DNA from: Leptogorgia sarmentosa
Lineage: Eukaryota
DNA length: 64,000 nucleotides
Direction of reading: 5' to 3'
Assembly: GCA_964658305.1 (NCBI GenBank)
Contig: OZ210885.1
Span: forward strand, 17,732,001 to 17,796,000
The notes under the pieces are model-generated. The model was not told where the DNA came from. It did no database searches and saw nothing but the letters and a program-made list of their open reading frames with translations. The position numbers and the translations under genes were made by a program. Shown one piece after another: positions 38,187 through 50,429 of this stretch (its first letter is position 1; each line of letters begins with the position of its first letter).

Positions 38187-39290
38187 ATGGCGGCTGTAAT
38201 ATCGCACAGCGCAAGGGCTGTGAAGTGGATAACCCTCCCGGGGACCAGTACAGAGGCAGCAGTCCCGCCGCCCTCTCTAACTCCAGCGAGTCCACAACCA
38301 CATGAACATCTCTGTGTACGTGACCCCAATACCTTTGTTGCGGGGGAAATACATAAAAATCCACAGGCCTGGGATACGCTTACCCGTGGCCTACCTAATA
38401 AAGAAGAAGTTATGCGTTGGATTAACGATAAGGTCTCTGTCCAGTCCTTTATCCAACCATTTAAAGGGCGGTTCGGGGGCATCGAATACAATACTGACTT
38501 CCCTGAACGTAGAGTCTTTCCCAACCATAATTCATGCAAGCCGTTTGTGGCCTTTATCTCAAAGACTATCATTGAACGCATCACTGTCGGAGCTGTGGGC
38601 GTCTTGGGGCCTGTCAACCAATGCCCCCCTCCAAAGATTGTTATGCCATTGACAGTTGAACCTATCAAGCTGCGCCTATGCCAAGACCAACGATACTTGA
38701 ATTGTTGGATGAAGGATATGCCCTTCTCCCTTGACCGTATTATTGATGTCACGCGTTATTTAGAGAAGGGGCATTTCCAAACCAAGCTTGATGATAAATC
38801 AGGTTACGACCATGTTTTGGTTGACGATCAAAGTTCTCAGCTCATGGGGTTTAAATGGGGCGGTTGGTGGTTTGTAAATCTCGTTCTTCCCTTTGGATGG
38901 AAAATCTCCCCGTACATCTATCAAACTCTTGGGATGGTAGCGACCCAAGAAATCCGGGCTCAGGGAGTCCTGTGTTGTCAGTATATTGATGACCGCCATT
39001 TAGGACAATTACTCCGTTTGTCGCACCAGGCGCTTGCCAGTCAGGTGCTTCCCGTACCAGGAAATTTTCAGCTAGCAGAACTCGCGAATCATATTGCAGT
39101 CCGCACATTAACATCGCTGGGATATTTTCTCAACCTCGATAAGTCTATCTTCATACCAACCCAACGTCTCATTTATCTTGGCTTAGTCTCGGACACAACC
39201 CTTATGGCGTTTACCCTCCCACACGATAAGATCCAACACGCTTCGCTGACCTACGAGAGGACATCTTGGCACAGCATCTCATACCTATAG
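38187..39290 (+). CDS. DIRS-type reverse transcriptase (frameshift near 39240)
   Basis: KLDDKSGYDHV, LPFGWKISPYIYQ, YIDD, LGYFLNLDKS and YLG. Confidence 0.9.
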   Translation: MAAVISHSARAVKWITLPGTSTEAAVPPPSLTPASPQPHEHLCVRDPNTFVAGEIHKNPQAWDTLTRGLPNKEEVMRWINDKVSVQSFIQPFKGRFGGIEYNTDFPERRVFPNHNSCKPFVAFISKTIIERITVGAVGVLGPVNQCPPPKIVMPLTVEPIKLRLCQDQRYLNCWMKDMPFSLDRIIDVTRYLEKGHFQTKLDDKSGYDHVLVDDQSSQLMGFKWGGWWFVNLVLPFGWKISPYIYQTLGMVATQEIRAQGVLCCQYIDDRHLGQLLRLSHQALASQVLPVPGNFQLAELANHIAVRTLTSLGYFLNLDKSIFIPTQRLIYLGLVSDTTLMAFTLPHDKIQHASLTYERTSWHSISYL

Positions 39291-39944
39291 TCTCTCCAGA
39301 AGCTCATTGGAAAATGTATTTCCTTTTGTCTCGTGGTCCCAGCAGCAAAATTATTCACGCGCGAAATGAATCTCGCCGTTACAAACGCCATGAAATCCAA
39401 GAAGCTTGTTAAGGTCAATGGGGCGCTTCGGAAAGAAATTGAACACTGGCGCTTCCTCGATTCATGGAGCAACCACATGCCTTGGCGTGATGAGAGACAT
39501 ATTTCTCTACAACTAGCATCCGATGCGTCAGGATTTGCATGGGGGGGTGTGCGGTTGGATGGCCAGGGACATGGGGTAGAGGAAGTTGGCGACATGTGGT
39601 TGGAACCAATACTCTCTTCTCCTATACATGTCAAGGAAACATGTGCACTCTCCCACACCCTGCGTGCGTCCAGCGCAGCGGTACAAAACTGCTGTGTGGA
39701 CGTCCTGGTCGATAGCGCCGTACTGCTTGGATGTTGGGAACGCCAATACGCCAATTCCCCCGCTATGCTCCAGGCCTTAAAAGATCTGTTTTGGACAACA
39801 GTTGACCTCAACGTGGCCATCTCACTTCACTACACTAGGTCAACGGATAACCCAGCTGATACTCTGTCACGTCGCCTCTCGCTTACCGCGCACCCTCACA
39901 CCAACAATTTGGTCGCTCGTCCAGCGGGTCTTTGGCGGAGTTAA
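39291..39944 (+). CDS. DIRS RNase H domain
   Basis: LASDASGFAWGG, IHVKET, VLVDS and NPADTLSR. Confidence 0.88.
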   Translation, partial: SLQKLIGKCISFCLVVPAAKLFTREMNLAVTNAMKSKKLVKVNGALRKEIEHWRFLDSWSNHMPWRDERHISLQLASDASGFAWGGVRLDGQGHGVEEVGDMWLEPILSSPIHVKETCALSHTLRASSAAVQNCCVDVLVDSAVLLGCWERQYANSPAMLQALKDLFWTTVDLNVAISLHYTRSTDNPADTLSRRLSLTAHPHTNNLVARPAGLWRS

Positions 39945-39962
39945 TGGCCATACGTGTGACCT

Positions 39963-40355
39963 ATGTCACGCCACGCTAACGTCCGTTGTGATCTTCATGG
40001 CACTCCACTGCCTTACATTGCTCCAGTGGCCACCTTAGGAGCTGCCGGTGTCCATTTGTTCAGCCAGAACGTCCAGTCGCTGCCAGGTTCCATCTTTGAG
40101 AACTGTTATGCGTTCCCCCCCTTCTCACTTATTGGGCCTGTCCTCAAGTTCCTCCAGCAACAACACGCACGTTGCACTATTGTCGTTCCAGATCAGTATC
40201 CTCAACCTTATTGGTGGCCTATCCTTCGACACCACTGTTCTTCTAAGTTGCGCCTGGCCTCACAAGGTGAACGTGGCGTCCTCCGTCGCCCTAGCACTAA
40301 AGGCTTCGTCGAATATGGCCCCATTCCATGGGACTTGTGGGCGTTTCGCATCTGA
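39963..40355 (+). CDS. DIRS-associated N6-adenine methyltransferase-like domain
   Basis: YAFPPFSLIGPVL..CTIVVP..PYWWP following RNase H, as in DIRS1-type pol proteins. Confidence 0.7.
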   Translation: MSRHANVRCDLHGTPLPYIAPVATLGAAGVHLFSQNVQSLPGSIFENCYAFPPFSLIGPVLKFLQQQHARCTIVVPDQYPQPYWWPILRHHCSSKLRLASQGERGVLRRPSTKGFVEYGPIPWDLWAFRI

Positions 40356-40554
40356 ACGTTACTCCTCACTATCCCATTATAAGTTATTCCCGCGACTGTA
40401 GTTTACATTGAAGATTCAATAAATATCACAAAACACGCCTGTTAAATCGCTCTTATTATCCTTTCTCTTCGTTTCTGCTGTAGGAATATATAGCTTCAAC
40501 GTATTGCCCGGGTTTTGTTTTTTTTTTGGTTGTTTTTTCTAGCCCCTCCCGGAA

Positions 40555-41765
40555 GTGCCTCGAATCTGGCTGGCTGCTGTCACCTGCCCTGAGTGTTCTT
40601 ACCCGAATGATAAAACTTTTCGGTTCTGCCAGCAATGTGGTTACGTTAGATCAATTATGACATCCCCCACCGCACCAACGATGCCACTTAAAATAGACAT
40701 CACTTCAATTGACGCGAGAATAACTCACATTTTTAGCCAGCAGTCTTCCTATGACCGCCAAAAGTCGCGCCTCCACACCCAGTTATCTAGTTTTTTGGCA
40801 TCCCTACCTACCCCTAAAAACATTTTCTCCGCTTCGCCCCGGGATCTACTCAGATTTTTGGTATGGAAGGACCAAACTGGTAAGACCCAGGTTCATGCAA
40901 CAGCATGTCCTCGTCGGGGTTTTGAAGGACCATCTCAATGTGGCTGTCCCAGGCGGCTTGCCTCAGGCTCCGTCGATTCCCTCATGGGAAAATTGCGCGC
41001 TATTTTTAAAGATAATGACAGGGTCGGTGATTGGCATGAAAGGCTGGGCATGGGTAACCCAGCATCATCGCCATTAATCCAGAAATATCTTAAATATGTC
41101 AAAGAGGAACAGGCGGCTGGCGGCATTACACCAAAACTGGCTACCCCTCTCTTTGTAGATAAATTAGCCAGATTGTCCGACCACATTGATCGCCAGATTG
41201 AACTGTGCACGACAGATCCTACAAAATTGTACATCTTGTCTAGAGACCAAGCCTACTTTAAGGCATTGTTCTTCTCTGGTGATAGGCCTGATGACCTAGG
41301 TCAAGTCCGTACTAATGAGATTTTACGGTTCCCAAATGACGACGGACTCCTGTTCAATCACATCTGGGGAAAAACCCTCCGGGGTGACCGTTCTAACCTG
41401 TTTGGCATCCGGAGGTGCGCTAACACTAAAATATGCCAGGTTAAAAACGTACCTGAAGGACGCTGGACTCGACGAGGGTGAGACTGCTCACAGTTTCCGC
41501 TCAGGTTGTGCTATAACTCTAGCTCTCTCCGGCTCTGCACTAGCTGACATGATGAGCCACGTTGGCTGGGAGTGATCACACACAGCCACCTATTACATGC
41601 AGCTTGGTAAGGTTCTTCACCATGACAGTACCAGTGCCATGTTAGCAGACGCCGTTAAGGACGATAGTGCCACAGGAGAACTCACCAAATTATATGAACA
41701 TTTAAATTCGGTAAAGGATTTTGTACTTGCCTTTCCTCCCACACACGCAAACGTAAAACTTGCCT
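40555..41765 (+). pseudogene. Tyrosine recombinase with N-terminal Zn ribbon and ALOG-like DNA-binding domain (frameshift near 41445)
   Basis: CPEC..FCQQCG; FLVWKDQTGKTQVH..C..CGCPRRLASGSVDSLMGKLRAIF..NPA..KYLKYVKEEQ; SGDR, HSFRSG, HVGW and YY catalytic motifs. Confidence 0.88.
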
Positions 41766-42410
41766 GTAATATCCAGTACTGTTCATGCACCACGAACACA
41801 TGTTTCCAAGTGAACCTACACGATTCCCTAATTATTGTCCATACTCATATTTTTCTATCTATCTATATAAGGTTTGGGGTGGGGTTAGGCCTGAGATTTG
41901 GGGAAAAGGGGGGAGTGACTGGGTGTGGGGGAGGGGAAATGGAGGACAATTCACCAGCACTGGGCGAGGTGATTTACCGTAATTGTTCGGCACCGAACAA
42001 TGGGTCCCATTCTTCTCCAATTCTTAATCAGCGATCCGTGGAACAAAGGCCAGTTTGAATATAACACTATTCATGTAATCATCTTGTTAACTGTTTCCTA
42101 GATGAAAAGAAGACGAAAAGGCGAAGGTTGTCAAAGTTGACAGCTATTGAGATGTTGGATAAGAAAAACAAAAAAAAAGCTGAGGCAAGAGAAAAAGAAT
42201 TAGAGCTCAGATAACGTGAGCTGGATTTTAACAGAATGAAATTTGAAACAGAATCAGAAGAGAGAAGGGAAAGGTTTGAGTTGGAATGTGAAGAACGTAA
42301 AACCATGCTTGAACTACTAAAGAAACATCTTTAATTTCCTGTTATATCATGTTTTATTACATCTATTTTCTATGTAATACACATGCACTTGTTCCTATTT
42401 CTATCATTTC

Positions 42411-43790
42411 TTATGTATTACCAAGATATTTTTCAAGGCTTGGTGGATTGAGGTTAAAATAATTGCCTGTAACAGAACCATAAAGACATGTGTGACAGTT
42501 GATCAATATAGTGGAAACAAGGTAGTACTTTCCAACAGGTTGAAGAAGCACCTTTAGATTTTTCTTAAAGTCTAGAAATGAGAAGTACTGCAATAACTTT
42601 CCAAATCCTCATTCAACACTTACTCCAGCTGTACTCATCCTTGTATTAAAATAGGGTTCTCCACTAGGTTTACGAATCTGAGCCAACTTCTGCTCCACAC
42701 CACTTTCTGCCAGCATGAAGGCATCATGTCTACGACCTTCTATTGGTCCGAACATATGACAAATAAGTCCATTGGGTGCTTGAATCGACTGCAAAAAAAG
42801 AACAACAGGTTTAAGTTTAGTTCCTGTTTTAATCATTTTGTCTAGTCTAAATTCTCTCCTCCTCCCCACCCCCCCCCCTTCACCTCTCTAAAAAAAGAAC
42901 CCTAGTTTTTTAGCATCATGTTTACTATTATTTTTACTTGCAATAAATAGATCTAAAAGTATACACTTGAGATGATACCTGGAACTTTAAACAATGAATT
43001 CTCTTGTGGCCACTGTATACAACTCTTTGATGTTTTGTTGGCCGGGCAATAGGTCTTGCCGTCCCATCAATGAAACCCCAGCACTGGTCCAATGGTGCGC
43101 CTTTGTTGTATATTGCCTGGGAAAAAAGTTCAGGGTCCAACCATGAAAGATCCAGAGAGGTCAACAAATGGTTATACCTTTCATATATATCATTAATTAT
43201 CTATATAAACAAAATGTCAGTCATAACATAGTGAGTAAATTATTAGGGTTTATGTATATTGAGTTAACAAACATACAAGATGCAGTTAAATTCCTTACCT
43301 CTGAAAAGATTAGACTGAGTTCTTCTTCTGGCCTTCCAAACAAAGATACAAGCTCACACCATCTATTTGGGTATGACAATCTCCTCAGCAAAATCATTAG
43401 AGCCTCCATTCCTGTAGCAGTTGTTCCTTGCTTACATGTGTATTTATCTGATAAATTAAGGGCTTGGCAAAGCCGATGCATATCAGTTTTTCGAAATCTG
43501 AAACATCAATAAATCATAAAAATGAAGATTCTATTGTAATTGTACATGTAAAAGTGATTGGAGACTACCACCATGCCAATTGCAATGCCTACAGTATATA
43601 TAGCGTTCAAAAAAGTATTACCTAAACCAAAGCTCGCAATCTTTTTCATCCACGTCCTCCATGTTAAGATGCGAGCAAAGTATTGGGTTACAAGTATAAA
43701 ACATATTGTCAAGCAGCAAAATTTCTAAATCATCATCACTCGATTCGTCTGAACTACTCTCATACAACATCGCTTCCATGATTTCATTAA
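42411..43790 (-). pseudogene. Harbinger (HARBI1-like, DDE_Tnp_4) transposase, spliced and degraded
   Basis: LLRRLSYPNRW, CWGFIDGTARPIARP..YSGHKR, PNGLI..GPIEGRRHD and SVE*GFGK. Confidence 0.88.
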
Positions 43791-44061
43791 ATTCAACCCT
43801 GTTGTAAATGTGATGTAAATTATAGTTAAAAGTTTAATTATGTCACCGATTTTCAAAGAAAATATTTAAGTACGAACCTTTTTGCTCTTGCCATGACTTT
43901 CTTTTAAAACACCAACAGTTTTGGCAGGAAAAAAATTGAACACCAAGAAAAACGTCAATCTTAATTGCACAGTTTGCTTGTACGGCGAACGGCAAACCGC
44001 TAACCGCAAACCCCGGTTTGCTGTTACCGTAAATAAAATAAACGTGCATCTTAAGGTCTCT

Positions 44062-44490
44062 AATGCCATAAGAATCCTTCTGCAATTAGGCCCAAATTGT
44101 TTCATGGCAAAAACCGATGTCCAATCCGGTTTTCGTAATAACCTAGTGCACCCTGATGACTGGGAACTTCTCGGTATGAAATGGCAGGGACTTTATTTTT
44201 TCGATCGCGTCCTCCCATTTGGTCTCCGCAGCGCACCATTTATCCTTAATATGCTTTCGGATGCGCTTGAATGGATTCTTATCAACAAGCTAGGTGTACC
44301 AAACGTTCTGCACATTTTGGATGACTTCTTCATAGCCGACCGTGTTCCCCCTTGAGCACGGTTGACTTCACTCTGTAAACTGTTGTGTCTATTCACCTAA
44401 CTGAATGTCCCAATCGCCCCTGGGAAAACTTACGCCCCAACTCGGACCTTAGAATTCCTGGGAATCACAGGGTGACTCGGTTGCAAATGT
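44062..44490 (+). mobile_element. Ngaro-like RT, right part
   Basis: AKTDVQSGFR..HPDDWELLG..LPFGLRSAP..ILDDFF. Confidence 0.85.
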
Positions 44491-45880
44491 CTCTCGTTTG
44501 CAAAATTTGATGAGTGGGGAAAGGTCAACTGTACGGCGCGGTGAACCATCATGCTTGTGTGTGACAACCATGCAGTGACACCACGTCACTGGTTCAACCA
44601 TAAGGTACCCTTTCAATCACACCAAGGGCTTCATCCCGTAAGAGGTCGTCGTGGACACGATCCTGCCAGTGCAGGGGTATTGTGGCTGGTGTGTGGTACG
44701 CTTTAGGGGTTGCAGAAGGATCAATATGGATCTCTACAGGGGGAGATCGAATTGTCTTTAAATGTCGAGGAGGCGTATCTTTCCAGTAACCAGGTTTTCA
44801 TGCTGTTGTTTTCAGGTGTGCACTCGAACGGGAGGGAGCTAGGGCATGGAGGTGTAACAGAACGTTGAGGGCATGTACAAGGGTTCCCATGGGAGTCTCC
44901 AGGTTCTATGCATCCATAATTCACTTGACGAGTGGCGTTGGAGGAGGGCTCCTTACCACGGGTGGTGGTGTCTGCAGGCTCTGGGTATTGACGTTGCTCC
45001 ATTTGACCTTTGTCTGGTTTGCCGACGCTAGGAAAGTCACTTCCCAGGATACCAAGGTTGATCATGGTCTCAAGCGAGAGGTACATGCCATGGACGGACT
45101 TGCTAACATATACCATCGAACGACACTTAGCCACTTTGCCTTGCTGGTCTTGTGTCTCAATGTGTGCAAAGAAGGCTCCTTCAATAGATATGGGTGAGCG
45201 GTTTGCTGCTGATAAGTTGACCGAAACGGCTCATCACGCTCCTGGTGCATGTGTAGGAGGTCGGCTCGTAGAACGCCTGTGGCAACCGGGATCACAGCTA
45301 AAGAATGCATGGCAGCGAGATGGTCTGGGAGTGCTTTAGTGGCGGCCGCGGCGTCAGTTTTTAGCAGGTTATCTCCTAGGGTAGGCCCAGCACACTGAAA
45401 CAACTGTCAGGGTGCTGATGCATTATCAATGCCAGACCCGCTTTTGAACACATTCCAGCGCCGGACAAACATGTTCCATTCCTCTAATGTGACACCAACA
45501 TCGACATTTGGGCGCTCTAATTTTGGCCCACGTAAAGCATTTGTAGCAGCTGTCGCTGTGTGAGAAAGCCCGTGGTTTGTGAGCAAAGCAATGGCTAGGT
45601 TTTCGCTGACATCTTCTGTCGTAAATGGACAATCGGGGACGCTGCATTGTACGATCACCATACTACAAACTTTTAGAAATCTTCATAAAGAAAGACTCGT
45701 TGTTGTATAGTATATTATTAAACAATGAAGATTTCTAGAACAAAATAACAAACTCGAATAAGCAAAATACACACTAGTGGCTTATAGTTCTAAACTATCG
45801 CTTAAAGTACGTACCTAAACAATAAAGAACGGAGCAAAACGCATGTAAATACGAACTAAAATAGCGAGACAGTGATGACA
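44490..45880 (-). mobile_element. Gypsy LTR retrotransposon remnant (gag, protease region, RT start), rearranged
   Basis: gag MVIVQCSVPDC..KLERPNVDVGVTLEEW; PVTWCHCMVVT.KHDGSPRRTVDLSPL; the extent of any LTR is uncertain. Confidence 0.75.
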
Positions 45881-46039
45881 GTCATGTTACTAAAGCATAT
45901 CTATTGTATTTGTAAAAACGTCCCGACGGAGTTTCGGTTTGTTCCGATTAGTCCTGAACATCTATATACTTCATGTCTCTAACACACAGAGCCGCGTCAC
46001 TCCCTCTGCAATCTAGAGGTCCACCTGTTCCTCTAGAAA

Positions 46040-48780
46040 AATAATAATAATAATAACTTTATTTAGAACAGACAGCCTACATCACTAAAGTAGTGCTTTT
46101 CAGAAGGGCTCTGTGTAAATAGAATTACATTAATGCATGCAAGTAATATATACAATATATGTTACTGCCAATGAGCAAGTAAACTACAATCTTACTCTCT
46201 TTAATTCTTCTTAAGAACATACATATACTTTTAACTATAATTGCTGCCAATAAGGCTCTTAGCCAACGTTCAAAGATTGTTGACGATTACACTCTTTCTT
46301 AAACTGGCTTGACGAATACTAGCAAATTAATATAAGTCTCCGTCCTTTTATATTGTCGTAAAGTCATTTACATATAATTAGCAATAGTATGCTACAATAT
46401 ATATAAAAGTCAATATAACTAAATACTAGATTAAAATATTAAATGTTTTATAAATGTAAAATATTCTATAAATGTCTAAAAAATTTAAAAACAGCGAGTT
46501 TGAAAGAGGATAGACAGGTCAAATGTCTAATGTCCTCATCTAAAAAATTCCAGTCCGTTATAAAATTACAGTTTGATCTAAGAAGTCCTTTACAAGTACT
46601 GGATTTCATTGTCCGTAAGTCGTTTTTATGTCTTGTATTGCAGTCATGCACATCTGAGTTTCTAATAAAAGAAGTTTCAATGTCATTGATCCCATTTATT
46701 GATTTGTATACATAGATACATCTGTGTATTCGTCTTCTCTGTCTCAGGGTAAGCCAGTTTAACATTTTCAGGGCATCACTGGAAGAGGACAGCATTGGTC
46801 TACCCAAAACTAACTTTGCTGCCTTATTATGTAATACTTGAATATTATCCATCAAAACGTTGTTATCTTTATCTCCCCATACCAAACTGCCATATTCCAA
46901 AATTGAAGTTATCATTGTATTAACAAATATTGTCCGTGCATGCCTGGGTAATAGATGCTTTATTCTACGAAGAATGCCCATAAGTTGCAAAACTTTCCCT
47001 TGCAGTTTTTCCATGTGACTTTTCCAGGATAGATTATCATCGATAACAATACCGAGATACTTGAATGTTTGAACTCTTTCCAGTGGTGAATCATTTGCTA
47101 TTAGCTGAACGGTCGCAAATTGCTTTAATTTCCTTGGATTTCCTATAGTTATTAATTTTGATTTGGAAACGTTTAGTAGCAACTTGCTATTCACAAGCCA
47201 CTTTATGACACTTTGTAAATCAGTATCCAAATTAGATTGTAATTCTTCTTGTGTTGTGGCCGGACAAAACAATGCTAAGTCATCCGCAAATATAACCATT
47301 TGACAATGTTTCAAGCATTTTTGAATACCATTGATGTGAACTAAAAACAATAATGGTCCAAGTATGGACCCCTGTGGCACTCCAACGGAAATCTTCAGGC
47401 TGTCAGATAAGGAATTCCCAATAACTGTTTGCTGTGACCTGTTCGAGAGAAATGATTGAAACCAGGATAGTGTTCGACCATGCACACCAAGACACTTCAA
47501 CTTTTTCATCAGAACTTGGTGGTTAACTGTGTCGAAAGCCTTTTTTAAATCTAAGTAGACAACACCAGTAACTTGCTTTTTGTCCATGTGTTCGAGAATG
47601 CTATCTGTAAATTTCGTAAGGGCCATTTCTGTTGAACGATTAGCTCGAAAACCAATTGTGTTGAGGAGAGAATAGAGTTATCCTTGAGATAGCCACTTAA
47701 CTGGTCATGTGCAATCCTTTCGATAATTTTACTAACAGCTGGAAGTACTGAGATAGGTCGATAGTTATCTTTGGAAGTTCTTTCTCCATCTTTAAATAAC
47801 GCGAATACCTTTGCGGATTTCCACCTTTTAGGGAAGCAACCATTAGAAAACGAATTATTGATTAGGTTTGTAAGTACAGGAGCAACCACACTAGCTGCAT
47901 CTTTCAACAGTCTAGCACTAATTTTATCCAGACCAGCGGCTTTGTTTGTTTTGAGCTTGTTTAACTCCCTTTCAACATAGTCATGTGTGACACATTGAAA
48001 ACGAAATTCGGATGGAGGACTGTAATCACTATTTCCTGACCAAACAGTTGGTGTGTTAGTAAACATTTTCTGGATCTTGTTTCCGATTGAGGTGAAATAT
48101 TTATTTAAGATCGAAGCAATGGTCAAACTTTCCGTATGTAGTTTGCAATTATCATATATGGCGTTTATGCTTGTGGTAGGGTTTCTTTTATGGCTTTCCC
48201 CATCTTTTCCCCATCTCCTTTGCTCTCTTCAATTAGTTTGCAGTAATAGTCAGACTTCAGCTTCCGTTCTTTCTGATTTAAGGAGTTTCTCAACGACTTG
48301 TACTTTTTCCAGTGGCTAGCACTGTTTGTTGATTTGGCCTTCTTGAAATAGCGATGTTTATCATATCTCATCTGTATTAAGTCTCGTGTAATCCAGGGAT
48401 TTTTAGTACCTTTCGCACGCATAAATTTTATTGGTGCGTGTGAGTCTGCAACCTCGCTAAACAGATGTTCCCAGATAAATACTCGTCTATATCCTCTACG
48501 CCATCGATAACGGACCAGGGAACTGCATTTAGGTCATTCACAAAAGCAGCCTTGCTATAATTCTTAAAGCAGCGATATTCAAATTGCTTTGGTGGTACTC
48601 GTTTAACACCGCCTTTGATGACACAGAATATTAAAGAATGGTCGCTAATGAGGGGATGCATAACTCCAGCTTGAACTACTTTATGACTACAGTTAACAAA
48701 CAATAGATCAATTGTTGTCCTCGAGTATTCACTAATCCTTGTATGATCTTTAATTAGCTGATCCATACTAAATTCCAATG
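46040..48780 (-). mobile_element. L2/CR1 LINE, 5'-truncated, with 3' UTR and (TTA)n tail; RT ORF at 46466-47626
   Basis: ISDHSLIF, PWIT, NYRPISVLP, DLKKAFDTVNH, GVPQGSILGP and FADD; (TAA)n on the plus strand at about 46040-46056. Confidence 0.92.
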
Positions 48781-49300
48781 CAAATGACCTCAGATCTTTT
48801 ATGACCTCCTCAGATCTTTTATGACCAATGCAAATGACCTCAGATCAAAAACTTAGGTTAGTTAGAGCCTCTAGACCTTTCGAGCACTTCACTGCCCAAA
48901 TTATATGCCACAAAAATGTGTTGCATGTTTTGGTATGCATCGGTTGCCTTGCTAAGTTGCCAGTCGCGCAAATTGCCCTAGGTTTATCCCAACATATTAA
49001 GCTACATTAACACCTGCTGAACATCAATTTTGCCACCTTTCTTGCAGGAGAATAGATGATGAGCCATCCCTCAATGGCTTCTGATAAAATCTCATAGCTG
49101 TGAAGAAAAGATTCAAGTCTAAATCTCAGTGCTACATCTAAAATTACACACTTGGCACAGAATAATTTAGATATTACCTACAGGTATTTGTTGCCATTGC
49201 TTGTATCATGTCTCAACAAAAGAAGTTTGGTTTTTGCATCTACTGGGAACCAGTAGCCGCTATGTCATCGGCAGCTGTGATTTTGAGGCAATGTTTGAAC

Positions 49301-50429
49301 CACTGAGCTATATTATTAATCTGGAGATCAGGCACTCCACTGAAAGGTGTCGCCAAAAACATGGTGGATTTTACGTCACACGTCCCCTATTCTCATGATG
49401 GTAATTACTGACCACAGTTGAAGTGTGTGCAGGTGCCGTTTCCAAACCCCCCCCCTGGATTTTACTGTTTGTTACTATATAAATATATATACTGCAGTGT
49501 TGTTTTGATATTTTTTCAAAGAATTGAGACAAAGTATTAAAATTCTCTTACATCTCAAAAATATATTGCGCCTATAAATACCGAATGCGATTGATTAAAG
49601 AGGACAGGAATGGATCCAGCTTACTGCTTGCCTGACGGCCACCACTGAGCTATAAGAAGACGTTTCAGGACGAAGTTGTTGTTTCATTGTAATATAAACC
49701 ACTGATATCACCACTAAGTTTTGTATCTGTATGTATTGCAATTTCAGGTATATTCTATCGATTAAATTATTGAAAAATAAGTGCAGCATGTCAATATGAA
49801 ATGAAGTGCACATATTTATAATGGTCTTACTTGCCACATGACCAGCATAGCATTCCTGTTTAATATTAATCAACAATAAATGTACTGTACATGTTTCACG
49901 AACAGTGTAATTGTAAAAATCTGGTGAAAATAACCTCAAGTTTCACCCATGCAAGATTCCTACTGTGATGGCAGAAACTTTGATATTGTAAACTGGCCTT
50001 AAGAGACTGTTGTAAATAAATTTAAGCATACATACGACCTTTAACAAAACCTGTCTTAGCAGAAAAACGTCTCGAACGATGTATAAGCATAAAATAAAAT
50101 TTCCTTACCAGTGTGACGACAGTTCTTTGTTGTCAAAGGAGTTGTGACATCCGTAAACATAGCAAAAACGCGGCATGTTGATAATCAACAAAATTCAATG
50201 AAATATTGTTTTAGCTGGCATTCTAGTATTTTATTTTCAGACAGGGGGGGTGAGAAAACTGCTCACTTTCGGCAATGTTATTTGGTCAGTGGTTAGTCCC
50301 CTGAAATAGGAGACTTACTACGTCATAATGACGTAAATTTGGCTAAAATCCGCCATGTTTTTGGCGACACTATTTTGTACAGCGTGTTATTACTACCTGA
50401 TCTCCAGATATATTAAGTATAGCTCAGTG
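49301..50429 (-). mobile_element. P-element-like non-autonomous transposon with a THAP first exon
   Basis: TIR CACTGAGCTATA / TATAGCTCAGTG plus subterminal inverted blocks; perfect 8-bp TSD GTTTGAAC; exon MPRFCYVYGCHNS..W|gtaag at 50176-50109. Confidence 0.8.

Larger units (their letters stand above)
36498..42061 (+). mobile_element. ALOG-domain DIRS1-type retrotransposon with imperfect terminal inverted repeats
   Basis: TATTCAAAGTGGCC..GTTCCACGG..CTAATTAAGA at the left versus TCTTAATCAG..CCGTGGAAC..GGCCAGTTTGAATA at the right; RT, RNase H, MTase-like and YR ORFs inside. Confidence 0.75.
35430..42333 (+). pseudogene. Harbinger Myb/SANT-like protein gene, spliced; last intron holds the DIRS insertion
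   Basis: WDEIAKKL..KGRGCRERMDQLLDKYK..|SGTEEEYGELSQLLEDI.. and a coiled-coil last exon at about 42100-42333; premature stops. Confidence 0.75.
34817..44061. mobile_element. PIF/Harbinger transposon with both ends, containing a nested DIRS element
   Basis: Perfect 20-bp TIR AGAGACCTTAAGATGCACGT; 3-bp TSD AAT; Myb-like gene (+) and DDE_Tnp_4 gene (-) are convergent. Confidence 0.92.
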
